Part shown: in pieces, positions 30,508 to 40,178 of the stretch
How the letters are laid out: each line of letters starts with the position of its first letter
Numbering within the stretch: position 1 is the stretch's first letter
Origin: an uncultured Candidatus Saccharibacteria bacterium
GTDB taxonomy: Bacteria > Patescibacteriota > Saccharimonadia > Saccharimonadales > JAGQNJ01
DNA length: 64,000 nt
NCBI GenBank assembly: GCA_965231045.1
Contig: OZ246406.1
Span: 250,228 to 314,227 of the forward strand
Reading direction: 5' to 3'
Translations under genes and position numbers: made by a program
Notes under the pieces: model-generated
Databases searched by the model: none
The model's input: the letters and a program-made list of their open reading frames with translations, nothing else
Told to the model about the DNA's origin: nothing

Positions 30508-31788
30508 CTATGTAGCAAGTTCTACAAGTTTGTTAATTGTTTTCTCTGTTAACATTCGTGCCGTAATATCCCGGTGGACCTCGGGTTTATCAAGTTCAGC
30601 TTGCATTGCAGGATCGTTATACTGCATTTTAAGTACTTGGATACGGGTAGCAACTTCTTCGGGGGTAATTTGTAAGTTTTCAGCCTCTGATACTTCAGCT
30701 AACACTAGACTTGTCTTAACCTTTTGTTCAGCACGCGGCTCAACAACATCTTTCTCATAAGTTTCTGCTTTCTGACCTTCGGCCTCAAGAAATTCGTCAT
30801 ATGTCAGTCCGCGTGTGGCCAGGCTCTGCTTCAATTCCTTAAGATCGTGGTCAACCTGATCAGCGATTAATGTGTCAGGAATACTAACTTGACTCTTATC
30901 AGTAAGCTCATTAATGATTTCTGTTTCGAGTTTGGTTTGGGCTTCACTTTCCTTTTCAAGTTCTAATTGCTTCTTTATGTCGCTTTTAAGATCGGCAAGA
31001 CTCTTAAAGTCACCGACCTTCTTGGCAAAAGCATCATCTTCTTTTGGCTTCACAATTTCATTAACTTTTTTAACGGTAGCTGTAAATTTCACTTTGCTAC
31101 CAGCCAGGCTAGTCGCTCGATAATCTTTAGGGAATGTTAATGTAAAGGTTTTTTCATCGCCAACTTTTGCGCCGACTAGGTTTTCTTCAAACCCAGGGAT
31201 AAACGTATCGCTGCCAAGAACCAATGGATAGTCCTTACCATCGGCACCTTTAATAGGGTCACCTTTAGCGTTAACCCCAGTAAAATCAATCCAGACCTCA
31301 TCACCATTCTTGGCTTCGCGCTTAACTTCCTTTTTATCAGCTAAGCGAATCTTTAGGTTATCGATTACTGTTGCGACATCCTTATCGGTTACTTTCTCGA
31401 TTTTCTTACTTTTCTTGATCTTTTTATAGTCGCCTAGCTTAACTGGGCCCAGTACTTCAACAGTTGCATCAAACTCAATCTCGCTAAATGGAACAAATTT
31501 CTTTAGAGTAACTTCCGGTCGATCAATCGGTCGCAGTTTCTCTGCTTGAGCCGCCTCCATATATAGCTGACCCATAGCTTCTTCAATAAACTCTGTTTGA
31601 AGTAATTGCTGGTCTAGGTTCTTTTCTACTAGATTAAGGGGCGCTTTACCATCGCGAAAGCCTGAAAGTTTTACCTTTGGGCTCAAACGCTGCAATGTGC
31701 GCTCCTTAATCGGGGCTAGATAAGCCTGGCTAGCGCTAATAGTTAAAACTGTTTTGGTGTCTGATATGTTCTTCTTAGTTACTTGCAT
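30508..31788 (-). CDS. tig: trigger factor
   Basis: 426 aa. GFRDGKAPLNLVEK is the ribosome-binding signature GFRxGxxP. PPIase and C-terminal domains present. Confidence 0.9.
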   Translation of the reverse strand: MQVTKKNISDTKTVLTISASQAYLAPIKERTLQRLSPKVKLSGFRDGKAPLNLVEKNLDQQLLQTEFIEEAMGQLYMEAAQAEKLRPIDRPEVTLKKFVPFSEIEFDATVEVLGPVKLGDYKKIKKSKKIEKVTDKDVATVIDNLKIRLADKKEVKREAKNGDEVWIDFTGVNAKGDPIKGADGKDYPLVLGSDTFIPGFEENLVGAKVGDEKTFTLTFPKDYRATSLAGSKVKFTATVKKVNEIVKPKEDDAFAKKVGDFKSLADLKSDIKKQLELEKESEAQTKLETEIINELTDKSQVSIPDTLIADQVDHDLKELKQSLATRGLTYDEFLEAEGQKAETYEKDVVEPRAEQKVKTSLVLAEVSEAENLQITPEEVATRIQVLKMQYNDPAMQAELDKPEVHRDITARMLTEKTINKLVELAT

Positions 31789-31815
31789 GAGGAATTAGTG
31801 TAACAGATCAAAAAA

Positions 31816-32241
31816 TTATTTGCCAGTCGCTCTAGCATAAATAACAATCACAAAACCAGCCGCTAACAGTGCCAAGCCGAAGCCTTGAACTAAAGAAATC
31901 TTTTCTTTATATATGAAATAACTCAGAATTGTTGAGATAAATATTGCACCCCCGAAAACTGCCGGTGCCACTACGCCAACTTTATTTGTTGCATATGCTT
32001 TATTGATTGACATAACAAAAAAGGCAATTAATACTCCTGTTGCAACAGCCATCAACATACCAAAACGCTGATCATGAAAGACTTTCTTACTCAGTATTGG
32101 TATAGAAACGGCAATCGGGACAGCTGCCGAAACAGCGTTAATGATTGCGGCAGCGATATTAGTATTTGTATTGCGTGACGCAGCTGTAGCAAAAATAATA
32201 GCCACGCTATATAGCAACATTGCAAATACTATCCAAATCAT
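31816..32241 (-). CDS. small 4-TM membrane protein, EamA/DMT-like single domain
   Basis: 141 aa with four hydrophobic helices. Composition is typical of EamA-domain transporters. Weak call. Confidence 0.4.
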   Translation of the reverse strand: MIWIVFAMLLYSVAIIFATAASRNTNTNIAAAIINAVSAAVPIAVSIPILSKKVFHDQRFGMLMAVATGVLIAFFVMSINKAYATNKVGVVAPAVFGGAIFISTILSYFIYKEKISLVQGFGLALLAAGFVIVIYARATGK

Positions 32242-32263
32242 AAGCTGTATTGTAGCAAAGTTC

Positions 32264-32701
32264 TTAAATGGTTAAACGAAATAAAGTTGCTGACATGAGA
32301 AAAAACCATACTAGTTCAATTATTATGCCCAGTTTGGTTTCTGACCACTGGATCTTAGCGTGAAATTTGGCAATAGGGATTAACTTTTTCTTTTGGCCCT
32401 TAAGCTCGTAAATAAGGTAGTACAGCCACATTAAATCTGGGCTAGCACATGCAATTCCGCCAGCTACAAGCCAAGGCCAATTCGGCAAACCCAGTATGGC
32501 CATAGCCAGCAGAATTGATGCAGCAAAACCCATATCGGTCGCAAGGACAACAAGAAATCGCATATCTCGTTCTTTAGCCCCAAAGTGCGGGAGGGCATCA
32601 AGTGCAAAATGTGTTAAAAACGCCACTGGAATAGCAATTAAGGGTTTGTCGATCAAGGCAACTACAACTGCGCCGGTTACAACGTGATTGGTAGCTGTCA
32701 C
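32264..32701 (-). CDS. hypothetical membrane protein (145 aa)
   Basis: Hydrophobic ORF whose start overlaps the hisS stop by 4 nt. Confidence 0.4.
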   Translation of the reverse strand: MTATNHVVTGAVVVALIDKPLIAIPVAFLTHFALDALPHFGAKERDMRFLVVLATDMGFAASILLAMAILGLPNWPWLVAGGIACASPDLMWLYYLIYELKGQKKKLIPIAKFHAKIQWSETKLGIIIELVWFFLMSATLFRLTI

Positions 32702-34005
32702 TTTTTACGATAATCCTTAATCATACTAACTATTCTCTCCAAGCTGTGTGATTCTTCATTACCTGTTTCCAGATTTTTAAGCTTGAATTGACCGTCTTCG
32801 AGCTCCTTATCGCCAATAATCAACACATAATGTATGCCTTTTTTGGCGGCACTTTTTAGCTGTTTGTCCATCTTACGACCAGTACTATCAACAGCTAGAT
32901 TAACTCCCATACCCCTAAGGTCACTTAATATCTTTTGTGATTTTTCAAACACATCACCTATAAGTGCTACGTATACATCGGTTTCGCTTCGTAGCTCGGG
33001 CATTAGCTGGTGTAGCTCCAAAAAGTTCTGGAAGGTCACATCACCCATACCAAAGCCAACTGACGCAACTGGCTCTACTCCAAATAGACCTACCAAGGCA
33101 TCATAACGACCACCACCAAACATTGAGCGATTGTTCTCGGGATGATTATCAAATACCTCGAAAACTAAGCCTGAATAATAGTCAAAGCCGCGCATTAAAC
33201 TAATATCAAATTCAATATTACTTATATGTGTCTGTTTAGCTAAATCTAATAGCTTTTGAACTTCTGCTAGAAGTTCTGGAGCAGCGATCTTGCCAGTTAG
33301 TTCTTTTAGACTCTTAATCTTTAATAGCTCGACGATTCTTTCAGTCAAGCCCGAATCACGTTGCGTTGGGGTCAAGACAGCGTCAATCTTGGATATAAAC
33401 TCTGAATGCTCGATTTTATGCATACGATCAACAAGCCTAATTAGAGTTTCGGTCTGTACATCATTAAGTGCAAAATGCTCGTCAAATAAATAGTTCATGA
33501 GCTTTCGGCTATTAACCTTTATGGTGTACATATCTCGTTTAGCACCAAAACTTTGCATAATTGCATCTGCCACTTGAATAGCTTCGAAATCAGCTTCAAT
33601 GCCCTCAACTCCAAACAAATCGACATTTAGCTGCCAGAACTCTCGCAGACGACCACGTTGTGGACGCTCATAACGCCAAAAGTTGGGTATTGCGTACCAA
33701 CGTGCCGGATAAGACAGTTCTTGACGTTTAGCGGCTACCATACGGCTGGCAGTGGGCGTCATTTCGGTACGAATAGTTACGCTCCGTCCGCCTCGGTCTT
33801 CGAATGTATAGGTTTGCTCACTAACTACTTCTTCACTCGTTTTAGCAGCATATAACTCAGTTGACTCAAGAATTGGTGCGTCGTACTCTTCATAGCCAAA
33901 ACTTTCGACAACTTCACGCCACTTACTAAACATCCACTTCTGAAAGCGTTTGTCGACCGGGTAAAAATCACGGGCACCTTTATATGGTTGTGTAGATAAA
34001 GCCAT
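32698..34005 (-). CDS. hisS: histidyl-tRNA synthetase
   Basis: 435 aa. Class II motifs including GGGRYDALVGLFG (HisRS motif 3) and a C-terminal anticodon-binding domain. Confidence 0.9.
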   Translation of the reverse strand: MALSTQPYKGARDFYPVDKRFQKWMFSKWREVVESFGYEEYDAPILESTELYAAKTSEEVVSEQTYTFEDRGGRSVTIRTEMTPTASRMVAAKRQELSYPARWYAIPNFWRYERPQRGRLREFWQLNVDLFGVEGIEADFEAIQVADAIMQSFGAKRDMYTIKVNSRKLMNYLFDEHFALNDVQTETLIRLVDRMHKIEHSEFISKIDAVLTPTQRDSGLTERIVELLKIKSLKELTGKIAAPELLAEVQKLLDLAKQTHISNIEFDISLMRGFDYYSGLVFEVFDNHPENNRSMFGGGRYDALVGLFGVEPVASVGFGMGDVTFQNFLELHQLMPELRSETDVYVALIGDVFEKSQKILSDLRGMGVNLAVDSTGRKMDKQLKSAAKKGIHYVLIIGDKELEDGQFKLKNLETGNEESHSLERIVSMIKDYRKK

Positions 34006-34394
34006 TAGCTTAATTCTCCATCATCTGGCAGTTCAAAGCAAGACTCTGCTCCAGTGTGACAGGTTTGACCTTTGGCATCGACATCGTAAATAATAGTATC
34101 GCCATCACAATCAACATATATTCCCCTTATACACAACGTATCTCCACTAATTTCTCCTTTCGTCCATAACTCTGAACGTTTTCGGGAGAAAAACGTCGCT
34201 AGACCCGTTGCAATTGTCCATTCAACGGCACCAGGGGTAACAAACCCAACCATTCGTATTGCTGCTAAACCATCAGTTGCTAGACGAGCACTATCAACAG
34301 CTATTGCCGGTAGAACATTTTCGCCTGAAATTGGATCAATCAATTTTGAATAATCCAACTCCGCCGAATTTTCAAGTTTTCTTAAATTACTCAT
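34005..34394 (-). CDS. hisI: phosphoribosyl-AMP cyclohydrolase, monofunctional
   Basis: 129 aa. VLPAIAVD, FFSRKRSELWTKGEISG, DCDGD and TCHTGAESCF match the HisI signature. Its stop overlaps the hisS start by 1 nt. Confidence 0.8.
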   Translation of the reverse strand: MSNLRKLENSAELDYSKLIDPISGENVLPAIAVDSARLATDGLAAIRMVGFVTPGAVEWTIATGLATFFSRKRSELWTKGEISGDTLCIRGIYVDCDGDTIIYDVDAKGQTCHTGAESCFELPDDGELS

Positions 34395-34433
34395 TTCTTT
34401 TCCTTTCTTAAAAATACTACAAACTAATAAAAA

Positions 34434-34451
34434 CGCCGGAGTGATCCGGCG
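34434..34451 (-). terminator. GC-rich hairpin with a minus-strand U-tract in the hisI 5' leader; possible attenuator or terminator
   Basis: CGCCGGA-gtga-TCCGGCG is a perfect 7-bp stem. On the minus strand TTTTTATT follows it. It lies 40 nt upstream of the hisI start. Confidence 0.35.
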
Positions 34452-34503
34452 TATGTTTGCATTTTAGGACAAAAGTAAACTAACCGATCATCTCCGGCAA
34501 TGT

Positions 34504-35883
34504 ATGAGTATGGAATTGATTAGTTTGATAAATCATAGATTTATTGTAATATATCATTCAAATATGTCAATTGAGAGAACCCCCGAGTTTAGAGATACCC
34601 ATGTTCTATATGTAGTTGATGGTTCTGCCAATAAATTTGGCGGCGTGGAAGATCATGTAAATACTATTGCCGGTTTTGGACGAGCCTACGGAATTGAGCC
34701 TCGAGTAATGGTAGGTGAAGGTAAAAACCCAAAAGAAATTTCTGAAACGTTATTAACTAGCTTTTTACCAAATGAAATTTTTGTTACTCGTTCAAGATTT
34801 AATGAAAGTGATGCTCCTGACTTAGTAGAAAGAGTAGCCCAAAACCTAACTGGTGCCCAAAACTATGTGGCACCTTGGGCTGGAAATGTCCAAAGAGCTG
34901 TAATCGAACGAATGCAGCCTGATATCGCTCACTTTATGTTACCCTGGCAGCCTCAACACGGTGGTCGCATTGATAAAATGACCCGTACTACTACAACACA
35001 CCGCGATTTTGCGCGTGTTGGTACATACCACATCGATTCTGATGATCCATGGGTAAATCGTTTAACACGAGCAACTGGCCATTTGGGTCGTAAAGGACTT
35101 TCGGGATTCGATAAAATGATTGCTGTCAGCCCCGTAGCATTAGATCACATGCACCGAACAGGTTTTTATAAGGGTGATGTAGAGATTGTGCCTAATCCAG
35201 TAGACGTCCACTGGTTTGCCGATGCCAAACCTTTTAATGATGATGAGGTGGTAGAGCGTGGTGGCCGTAAGGCTGATAAATATGTAGTGTTTGTTGGTCG
35301 TCCAGATGACCGCAAAGGCTTGTCTGAGCTAATAACTGCTTATTCGGAGTTAAATGACATGCTTTCTTCACAGTCCGATGTGGAGCTTATTATCTGTAGT
35401 GACGGCCCAAACCTAAAGCCAATTAAATATCAAACTCAATTGCTCGGTATAAAGAATGTATCGTTTGTTGGTAGAGTCTCCAACGAAGATAAAGCACGCT
35501 GGCTAAGCACCGCTGATCTAGCGGTGTTTCCGGCAAAATATGGCGAAACCCAAGGTATTGTTCTGGTCGAGGCGATGGCGGCTGGAGCTGGCGTTGTACT
35601 TGGAGGTAATAACAAAGGTTATAGATTCACTTTTGATGACCTAAGTGATTTAGACAAAGAACAGGTTTTGTTCAATGCCGACTTTGATGGAGCAGCAAGC
35701 CCAGCTGAGAGACAAAACAGAGTTTATAGACTAGTTGAAATGATGCATACCTATTTGGTTAACGAAAGTCTCGCAGATGAAATGCATGAAAAACAGCAAG
35801 AGTTAGTCAGACAGTTTGACGTAGGTGTCGTAGGGAAACGTATTCTCCAGATATACAAAGAAGTACTGTCAGGCAAAAAATAA
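34504..35883 (+). CDS. glycosyltransferase, GT-B fold (GT4-like). The true start is probably the ATG near 34564
   Basis: C-terminal GETQGIVLVEAMAAGAGVV is a Glycos_transf_1 E-x7-E-type motif, preceded by VFVGRPDDRKGL. Confidence 0.75.
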   Translation: MSMELISLINHRFIVIYHSNMSIERTPEFRDTHVLYVVDGSANKFGGVEDHVNTIAGFGRAYGIEPRVMVGEGKNPKEISETLLTSFLPNEIFVTRSRFNESDAPDLVERVAQNLTGAQNYVAPWAGNVQRAVIERMQPDIAHFMLPWQPQHGGRIDKMTRTTTTHRDFARVGTYHIDSDDPWVNRLTRATGHLGRKGLSGFDKMIAVSPVALDHMHRTGFYKGDVEIVPNPVDVHWFADAKPFNDDEVVERGGRKADKYVVFVGRPDDRKGLSELITAYSELNDMLSSQSDVELIICSDGPNLKPIKYQTQLLGIKNVSFVGRVSNEDKARWLSTADLAVFPAKYGETQGIVLVEAMAAGAGVVLGGNNKGYRFTFDDLSDLDKEQVLFNADFDGAASPAERQNRVYRLVEMMHTYLVNESLADEMHEKQQELVRQFDVGVVGKRILQIYKEVLSGKK

Positions 35884-35900
35884 AGCCCTGCATAAGGGCT
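35872..35900 (-). terminator. rho-independent terminator downstream of tRNA-Leu on the minus strand
   Basis: AGCCCT-gcata-AGGGCT stem-loop at 35884-35900, followed on the minus strand by TTTATTTTTT. Confidence 0.6.
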
Positions 35901-35902
35901 TA

Positions 35903-35987
35903 TGGTGGGGATGAAAGGACTTGAACCTTCACGCCTTGCGGCACATGCTCCTAAGGCATGCGTGTCTACCAATTCCACCACATCCCC
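35903..35987 (-). tRNA. tRNA-Leu, anticodon UAG, long variable arm, genomically encoded CCA
   Basis: rc gives GGGGATG acceptor stem, anticodon loop cTTAGga, extra arm GCCGCAAGGCGTG, T-loop GGTTCAAGTCC, and 3' CATCCCC-ACCA. Confidence 0.85.
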
Positions 35988-36012
35988 GTGGTTGGTTAAC
36001 AACTAACAGATT

Positions 36013-36552
36013 TTACCCTGTTTTTTTGTAAAATGCCAGCATTGCATCGCCGTATTCACGTTCTTTGATACTAAGTAGATCAATGCTGTCAAACTTTGGT
36101 GGTTCACTACTCGTCGGCCAAGATAAAACCATTACACCATTTAAGCGAATATGACGGGTGAGTTTTTCAATTAATTCTCGCTTTAAATCATCGAATGGTG
36201 GGTTACAAAATACCAAATCAAACTGCATATCTGAATTATTGTCAGACCAGCTCGAAACATTGGCGCGAATAACTTTGGCTTTCCCTGTGAGACCCAGTTT
36301 TTTTAGGTTGCCTTCAATTGTTTGGTTAGCAGTTTTATCAACTTCAGTAATTACCGAGTTTTTTGCCCCACGACTTAGGGCTTCAATGCTCAGTGCACCA
36401 GTGCCACCAAAACAATCCAGAACTGTCAGCCCCTCAATATCACCAAGTGTGTTAAACAGTGCCCCCCGCATGCGTTCACTCATAGGATGAGTACGATGGG
36501 TCTTTGGCGGGTCAAACTGCCTCCCTCCCAGATATCCACTAATAACTCTCAT
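36013..36552 (-). CDS. rsmD: 16S rRNA (guanine966-N2)-methyltransferase
   Basis: 179 aa. DCFGGTGALSIEALSRGA is SAM motif I. LVFCNPPF is the (D/N)PPF catalytic motif. Confidence 0.8.
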   Translation of the reverse strand: MRVISGYLGGRQFDPPKTHRTHPMSERMRGALFNTLGDIEGLTVLDCFGGTGALSIEALSRGAKNSVITEVDKTANQTIEGNLKKLGLTGKAKVIRANVSSWSDNNSDMQFDLVFCNPPFDDLKRELIEKLTRHIRLNGVMVLSWPTSSEPPKFDSIDLLSIKEREYGDAMLAFYKKTG

Positions 36553-37364
36553 TACTTTTCCTTTACAAGACCGGCATCAACTAGAGCCGTGTACCATGTC
36601 AAACAGACAGTTTGCGCCATTGTTGGGCCTAATTTATGTCGAATATCAAATACCAGCTTTGTTGACCAACCGCGTCGTTTAAATCGCTCATATAGGTTAA
36701 GTGAGGCGATCTCACGAGCACTGCGTTTAAACCATTCTTTAGCACCTACTTCACGAATAAGCTTTAGTTCTCGCTCTTTAGGAATTGCTTCTGACATAGT
36801 CAAAGGAGCCAAAATAACAGATGCACCAACCTCAAAAAGTGCGTGTGTGCTGATTAAACCGCGGGCGCCCCAAACTTTCCAGCTTTTTTTCAAACGTTCT
36901 CTTGTTGTGCCTGCTGGCGGAAACCACTTTTGTATAACACTTCGCCTATCCTTGCCATCCCATAACTCATCTACTTCTTTCTCGTATGGATAGTGGTGAG
37001 CCGGCGTTAAGCCATCAACCAAGGCATGAGCAAGCCACGCAGCTTCAAATGCGGATCTTTCCTTGTTACCTGCCTTAAGTTCAGCAACCAACTGATCGTA
37101 GTGATCCTTAACAATGTTCATAAGCTCAGCGTCCTCATCATCAAACGGGCTGTAAAAGTGAAATGGCTCATCTTTGGCCGGACTTTTACGTTTAATAGCA
37201 TCTGGACCTTTACGACCCTCAAAATGTAGTATTTGTCTTATTGACGGGAATACGCTTGGATCAGGAATAACCTTTTCAAGGTGTGAATAAGCAACGCGGT
37301 CAATCTTCTGATGACCACCGAGAACTCGGCCTGAAAATCTGGTTAATGTTGTTCCTGAATACAT
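36552..37364 (-). CDS. hypothetical protein, possibly of the zinc-dependent phospholipase C / S1-P1 nuclease fold
   Basis: 270 aa. N-terminal GGHQKIDRVAY and WLAHALVDGLTPAHH resemble the His/Asp zinc-ligand motifs of that fold. Weak, motif-only. Confidence 0.35.
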   Translation of the reverse strand: MYSGTTLTRFSGRVLGGHQKIDRVAYSHLEKVIPDPSVFPSIRQILHFEGRKGPDAIKRKSPAKDEPFHFYSPFDDEDAELMNIVKDHYDQLVAELKAGNKERSAFEAAWLAHALVDGLTPAHHYPYEKEVDELWDGKDRRSVIQKWFPPAGTTRERLKKSWKVWGARGLISTHALFEVGASVILAPLTMSEAIPKERELKLIREVGAKEWFKRSAREIASLNLYERFKRRGWSTKLVFDIRHKLGPTMAQTVCLTWYTALVDAGLVKEK

Positions 37365-37471
37365 AGTTACGGCTTTGCCTTATGAGACAAACCAAATGGT
37401 TTTTCTCATCACGCAGGGCATGGAATGAATCCATTGCTCTGGCTGCTCTTTTCTTTTTAACATAATATTTC

Positions 37472-39502
37472 TTAATTCAAATGAACGATGGCTCTTAAGC
37501 GATTTACGCGTTCATGTAACTCTGGGTATTGTAACAGATCTGGGCCAGTGCTCATATACTCCTTGGCTGCCTCTCGAGCCGCTGTAATTAGCTTTACATC
37601 TGTTAATTTAGCAATGCGAAGATCTAGCGCACCATGCTGTAAGGTTCCAAAAAGTGCTCCTGGACCGCGCAGCTCTAAGTCTAGTTCAGCAAGACGAAAA
37701 CCGTCTTGTGTTGATTCAATAGCTTTAAGTCGTTTTGATGGCGCACTATTGTCACTAAGTAGCAGATAGCAGTATCCTTGGTGTTCACTTCTACCAACAC
37801 GTCCTCGCAACTGATGAATCTGAGCCAGACCAAATCGCTCAGGACCTTCAATCAGCATCACGGTGGCATTCGGCACATCGACACCAACCTCAATAACTGT
37901 TGTTGAAACCAAAATATCAGTTTTGTGATCTATAAAGCGTTGCATGATGTTTTGTTTTTCGTCGGCTTTCATTTTGCCATGTAACAACTCAATACTACGG
38001 TGTGGAAATGCCTTTTTCATCTCCTCAAAAATTTCTTTAGTTGATTTAGCTTGGATTGCTTCAGACGCTTCGATCAAAGGGCTAACTACAAAGGCCTGTC
38101 GCCCCTTGGCTAGCTCTTCATCCATAGTTTTATAAAGTTTTTGTCTGTCAGCGGCGCGAATTATTTGAGTTTTTGTAGGTTTTCGATTCTGTGGCTTGCT
38201 AGGCAGTACAGATATATCAAGCTCACCATATAGCGTCAAAGCCAGACTTCGCGGGATTGGTGTAGCCGTCATACTTAACACGTGTGGCATATGACCGGCC
38301 TTGGCAATTAAGGTTTTGCGTTGATCGGCCCCAAACCGATGTTGCTCATCTATAATCACTACACCAAGATTCTTCATTGATATTTTTTCTTGGATCAAGG
38401 CATGTGTACCTACTAGTAACTTGGCGTTACCGGATTTTGCATGGGTATGGGCTTTTTGTTTCTGCGAGGGTTTCATTCCGCCAACAATTAGGCTCACTTC
38501 ATCTTGATAACCAAGTGGCAACAATAGTTTGTGTAGTGTTTCGGCATGCTGTCTAGCTAGCAACTCTGTCGGAGCCATAAACGCTACTTGAAAGCCTTCC
38601 TTCATCGCCATTACTGCGGTCATGGCTGCTACGACTGTTTTTCCTGAACCTACGTCACCTTCCACCAGCCGGTTCATAGGATGTTTCTTAGTCATATCCT
38701 GATAAATTTGCCATGCCGAACGCCTCTGACCATCAGTAAGAGTGAATGGTAGATGCTTAACAAAGTCTTTAGCCAATTTCTCATCAAAAGGTATTGATAA
38801 TGACGTCTCCTGAGCCACCTCCCTTTTATTAAGTAGGCTTGCCATAACCAGTCCAAATACTTCTTCAAATCCTAATCGAAATCGAGCATCGGCAAGCGAT
38901 TGTTCACCACTCGGAAAGTGGACCTCGTGCACAGCCGTTGAATAGTTTGTGAGTTTATACTTTTTTATGACGGACTCTGGCAGGTTATCCTGAAGACTCA
39001 CGCTACTAAGAACACTTTTTAAAATTTTCCGAATCATTTGAGATGTTAATCCCTTTGTAAGGCGATAGACCGGTACAATTCGTGCCGTATTTACTGGGAA
39101 GCTACTAACCATCTCTACGGATGGATTGGTTATAGACATCCTACGAGCCTTTAGCCCGAAATCACCTGACACAAAGTAACTAACATCTTTTTTTAAGGAA
39201 TTCGCACGATAGGGTTGATTAAACCAGGCTAGTCTAACACTACCAGTGTCGTCGCTGAGTATAGCTTCGGTTATATGCAAGCCACCTCTTATATATCGAC
39301 CTTTAGCCTGCTTAATAACACCTTGGACAGTAACAGTTCCGGGTTGTAACCTATCGATCTGAACGACATTAGAATAGTCATCATAACTTCTGGGATAATA
39401 ATGTATTAGGTCATTGACACTTAATACCCCAACATTAGCAAATTTCTTTGCCAACTCAATGCCTACTCCTTTTACAGAAGTTAGTGAATCGCTCAGCTCC
39501 AT
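37472..39502 (-). CDS. recG: ATP-dependent DNA helicase RecG
   Basis: 676 aa. Wedge domain, then helicase motifs GDVGSGKT and DEQHRFG, and a TRG motif region. Confidence 0.9.
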   Translation of the reverse strand: MELSDSLTSVKGVGIELAKKFANVGVLSVNDLIHYYPRSYDDYSNVVQIDRLQPGTVTVQGVIKQAKGRYIRGGLHITEAILSDDTGSVRLAWFNQPYRANSLKKDVSYFVSGDFGLKARRMSITNPSVEMVSSFPVNTARIVPVYRLTKGLTSQMIRKILKSVLSSVSLQDNLPESVIKKYKLTNYSTAVHEVHFPSGEQSLADARFRLGFEEVFGLVMASLLNKREVAQETSLSIPFDEKLAKDFVKHLPFTLTDGQRRSAWQIYQDMTKKHPMNRLVEGDVGSGKTVVAAMTAVMAMKEGFQVAFMAPTELLARQHAETLHKLLLPLGYQDEVSLIVGGMKPSQKQKAHTHAKSGNAKLLVGTHALIQEKISMKNLGVVIIDEQHRFGADQRKTLIAKAGHMPHVLSMTATPIPRSLALTLYGELDISVLPSKPQNRKPTKTQIIRAADRQKLYKTMDEELAKGRQAFVVSPLIEASEAIQAKSTKEIFEEMKKAFPHRSIELLHGKMKADEKQNIMQRFIDHKTDILVSTTVIEVGVDVPNATVMLIEGPERFGLAQIHQLRGRVGRSEHQGYCYLLLSDNSAPSKRLKAIESTQDGFRLAELDLELRGPGALFGTLQHGALDLRIAKLTDVKLITAAREAAKEYMSTGPDLLQYPELHERVNRLRAIVHLN

Positions 39503-39530
39503 ACTCGTTTAGTATAAAGCCTTTGATTAC

Positions 39531-40124
39531 TTACTGTGAAACACTTGTAGTGAGAGTAATATAAGTTTTCTCGGTTGTTTCGTTCTTTTGGTTACTTATT
39601 GACAGTACCAATGTGCGATTGTCTTTCTTGTAGTCCATAATATTGCCGTCTTGATATGAGCTTTCATGAACGTTTGTCCATCCACCACTAGCAAGTTGGT
39701 CGCGATAGTAATTGGTAACTTTATCTACAGAATCGTTTGTCTTGGCACTAGCTGAGTAGCTATTATCGCCCGTCTTACTTGAAGCAACCAGTGTTGATGG
39801 CTTATATATAGGCACATCAGTTGGGAAACCGGCTTGTAATTTTGCCCCTGTACCGTAAGTCGCTGAAGTTTGGCCATCATTAGTCTTCACTGTAACCGTT
39901 CCACCATCACCATTTCCGTTTACCTTAACGTTTTTTGCGGCATGATTAAAAATGCTGCCGACAAATACAGTCATAGCAATAGTCGCAAGGATACCAAGCC
40001 CTACAAGAACTCCAACAATAATTAGAGCGATTTTTAGACCACTGTCCATTTTCTTCTTTGGGGCAGCTGGCGTAGAAGCAGGCCCTGCTGGTGTTGGTGT
40101 TTCGTGTTTTGGTGTATCAGCCAT
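39531..40124 (-). CDS. hypothetical membrane-anchored, probably extracytoplasmic protein
   Basis: 197 aa. Pro/Thr/Ala-rich N-terminus, a single TM (LKIALIIVGVLVGLGILATIAMTVFV), and a Ser/Thr/Asn-rich C-terminal domain. Confidence 0.45.
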   Translation of the reverse strand: MADTPKHETPTPAGPASTPAAPKKKMDSGLKIALIIVGVLVGLGILATIAMTVFVGSIFNHAAKNVKVNGNGDGGTVTVKTNDGQTSATYGTGAKLQAGFPTDVPIYKPSTLVASSKTGDNSYSASAKTNDSVDKVTNYYRDQLASGGWTNVHESSYQDGNIMDYKKDNRTLVLSISNQKNETTEKTYITLTTSVSQ

Positions 40125-40178
40125 AAATTACTCCTCTTTATAGGAGACATAATAACACTTTTACAAGCTGGTTGTTAG

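Noticed and set aside
35751-36002. 83-aa minus-strand ORF overlapping the tRNA-Leu gene
   Set aside because: It overlaps a clear tRNA and its terminator, so it is spurious.
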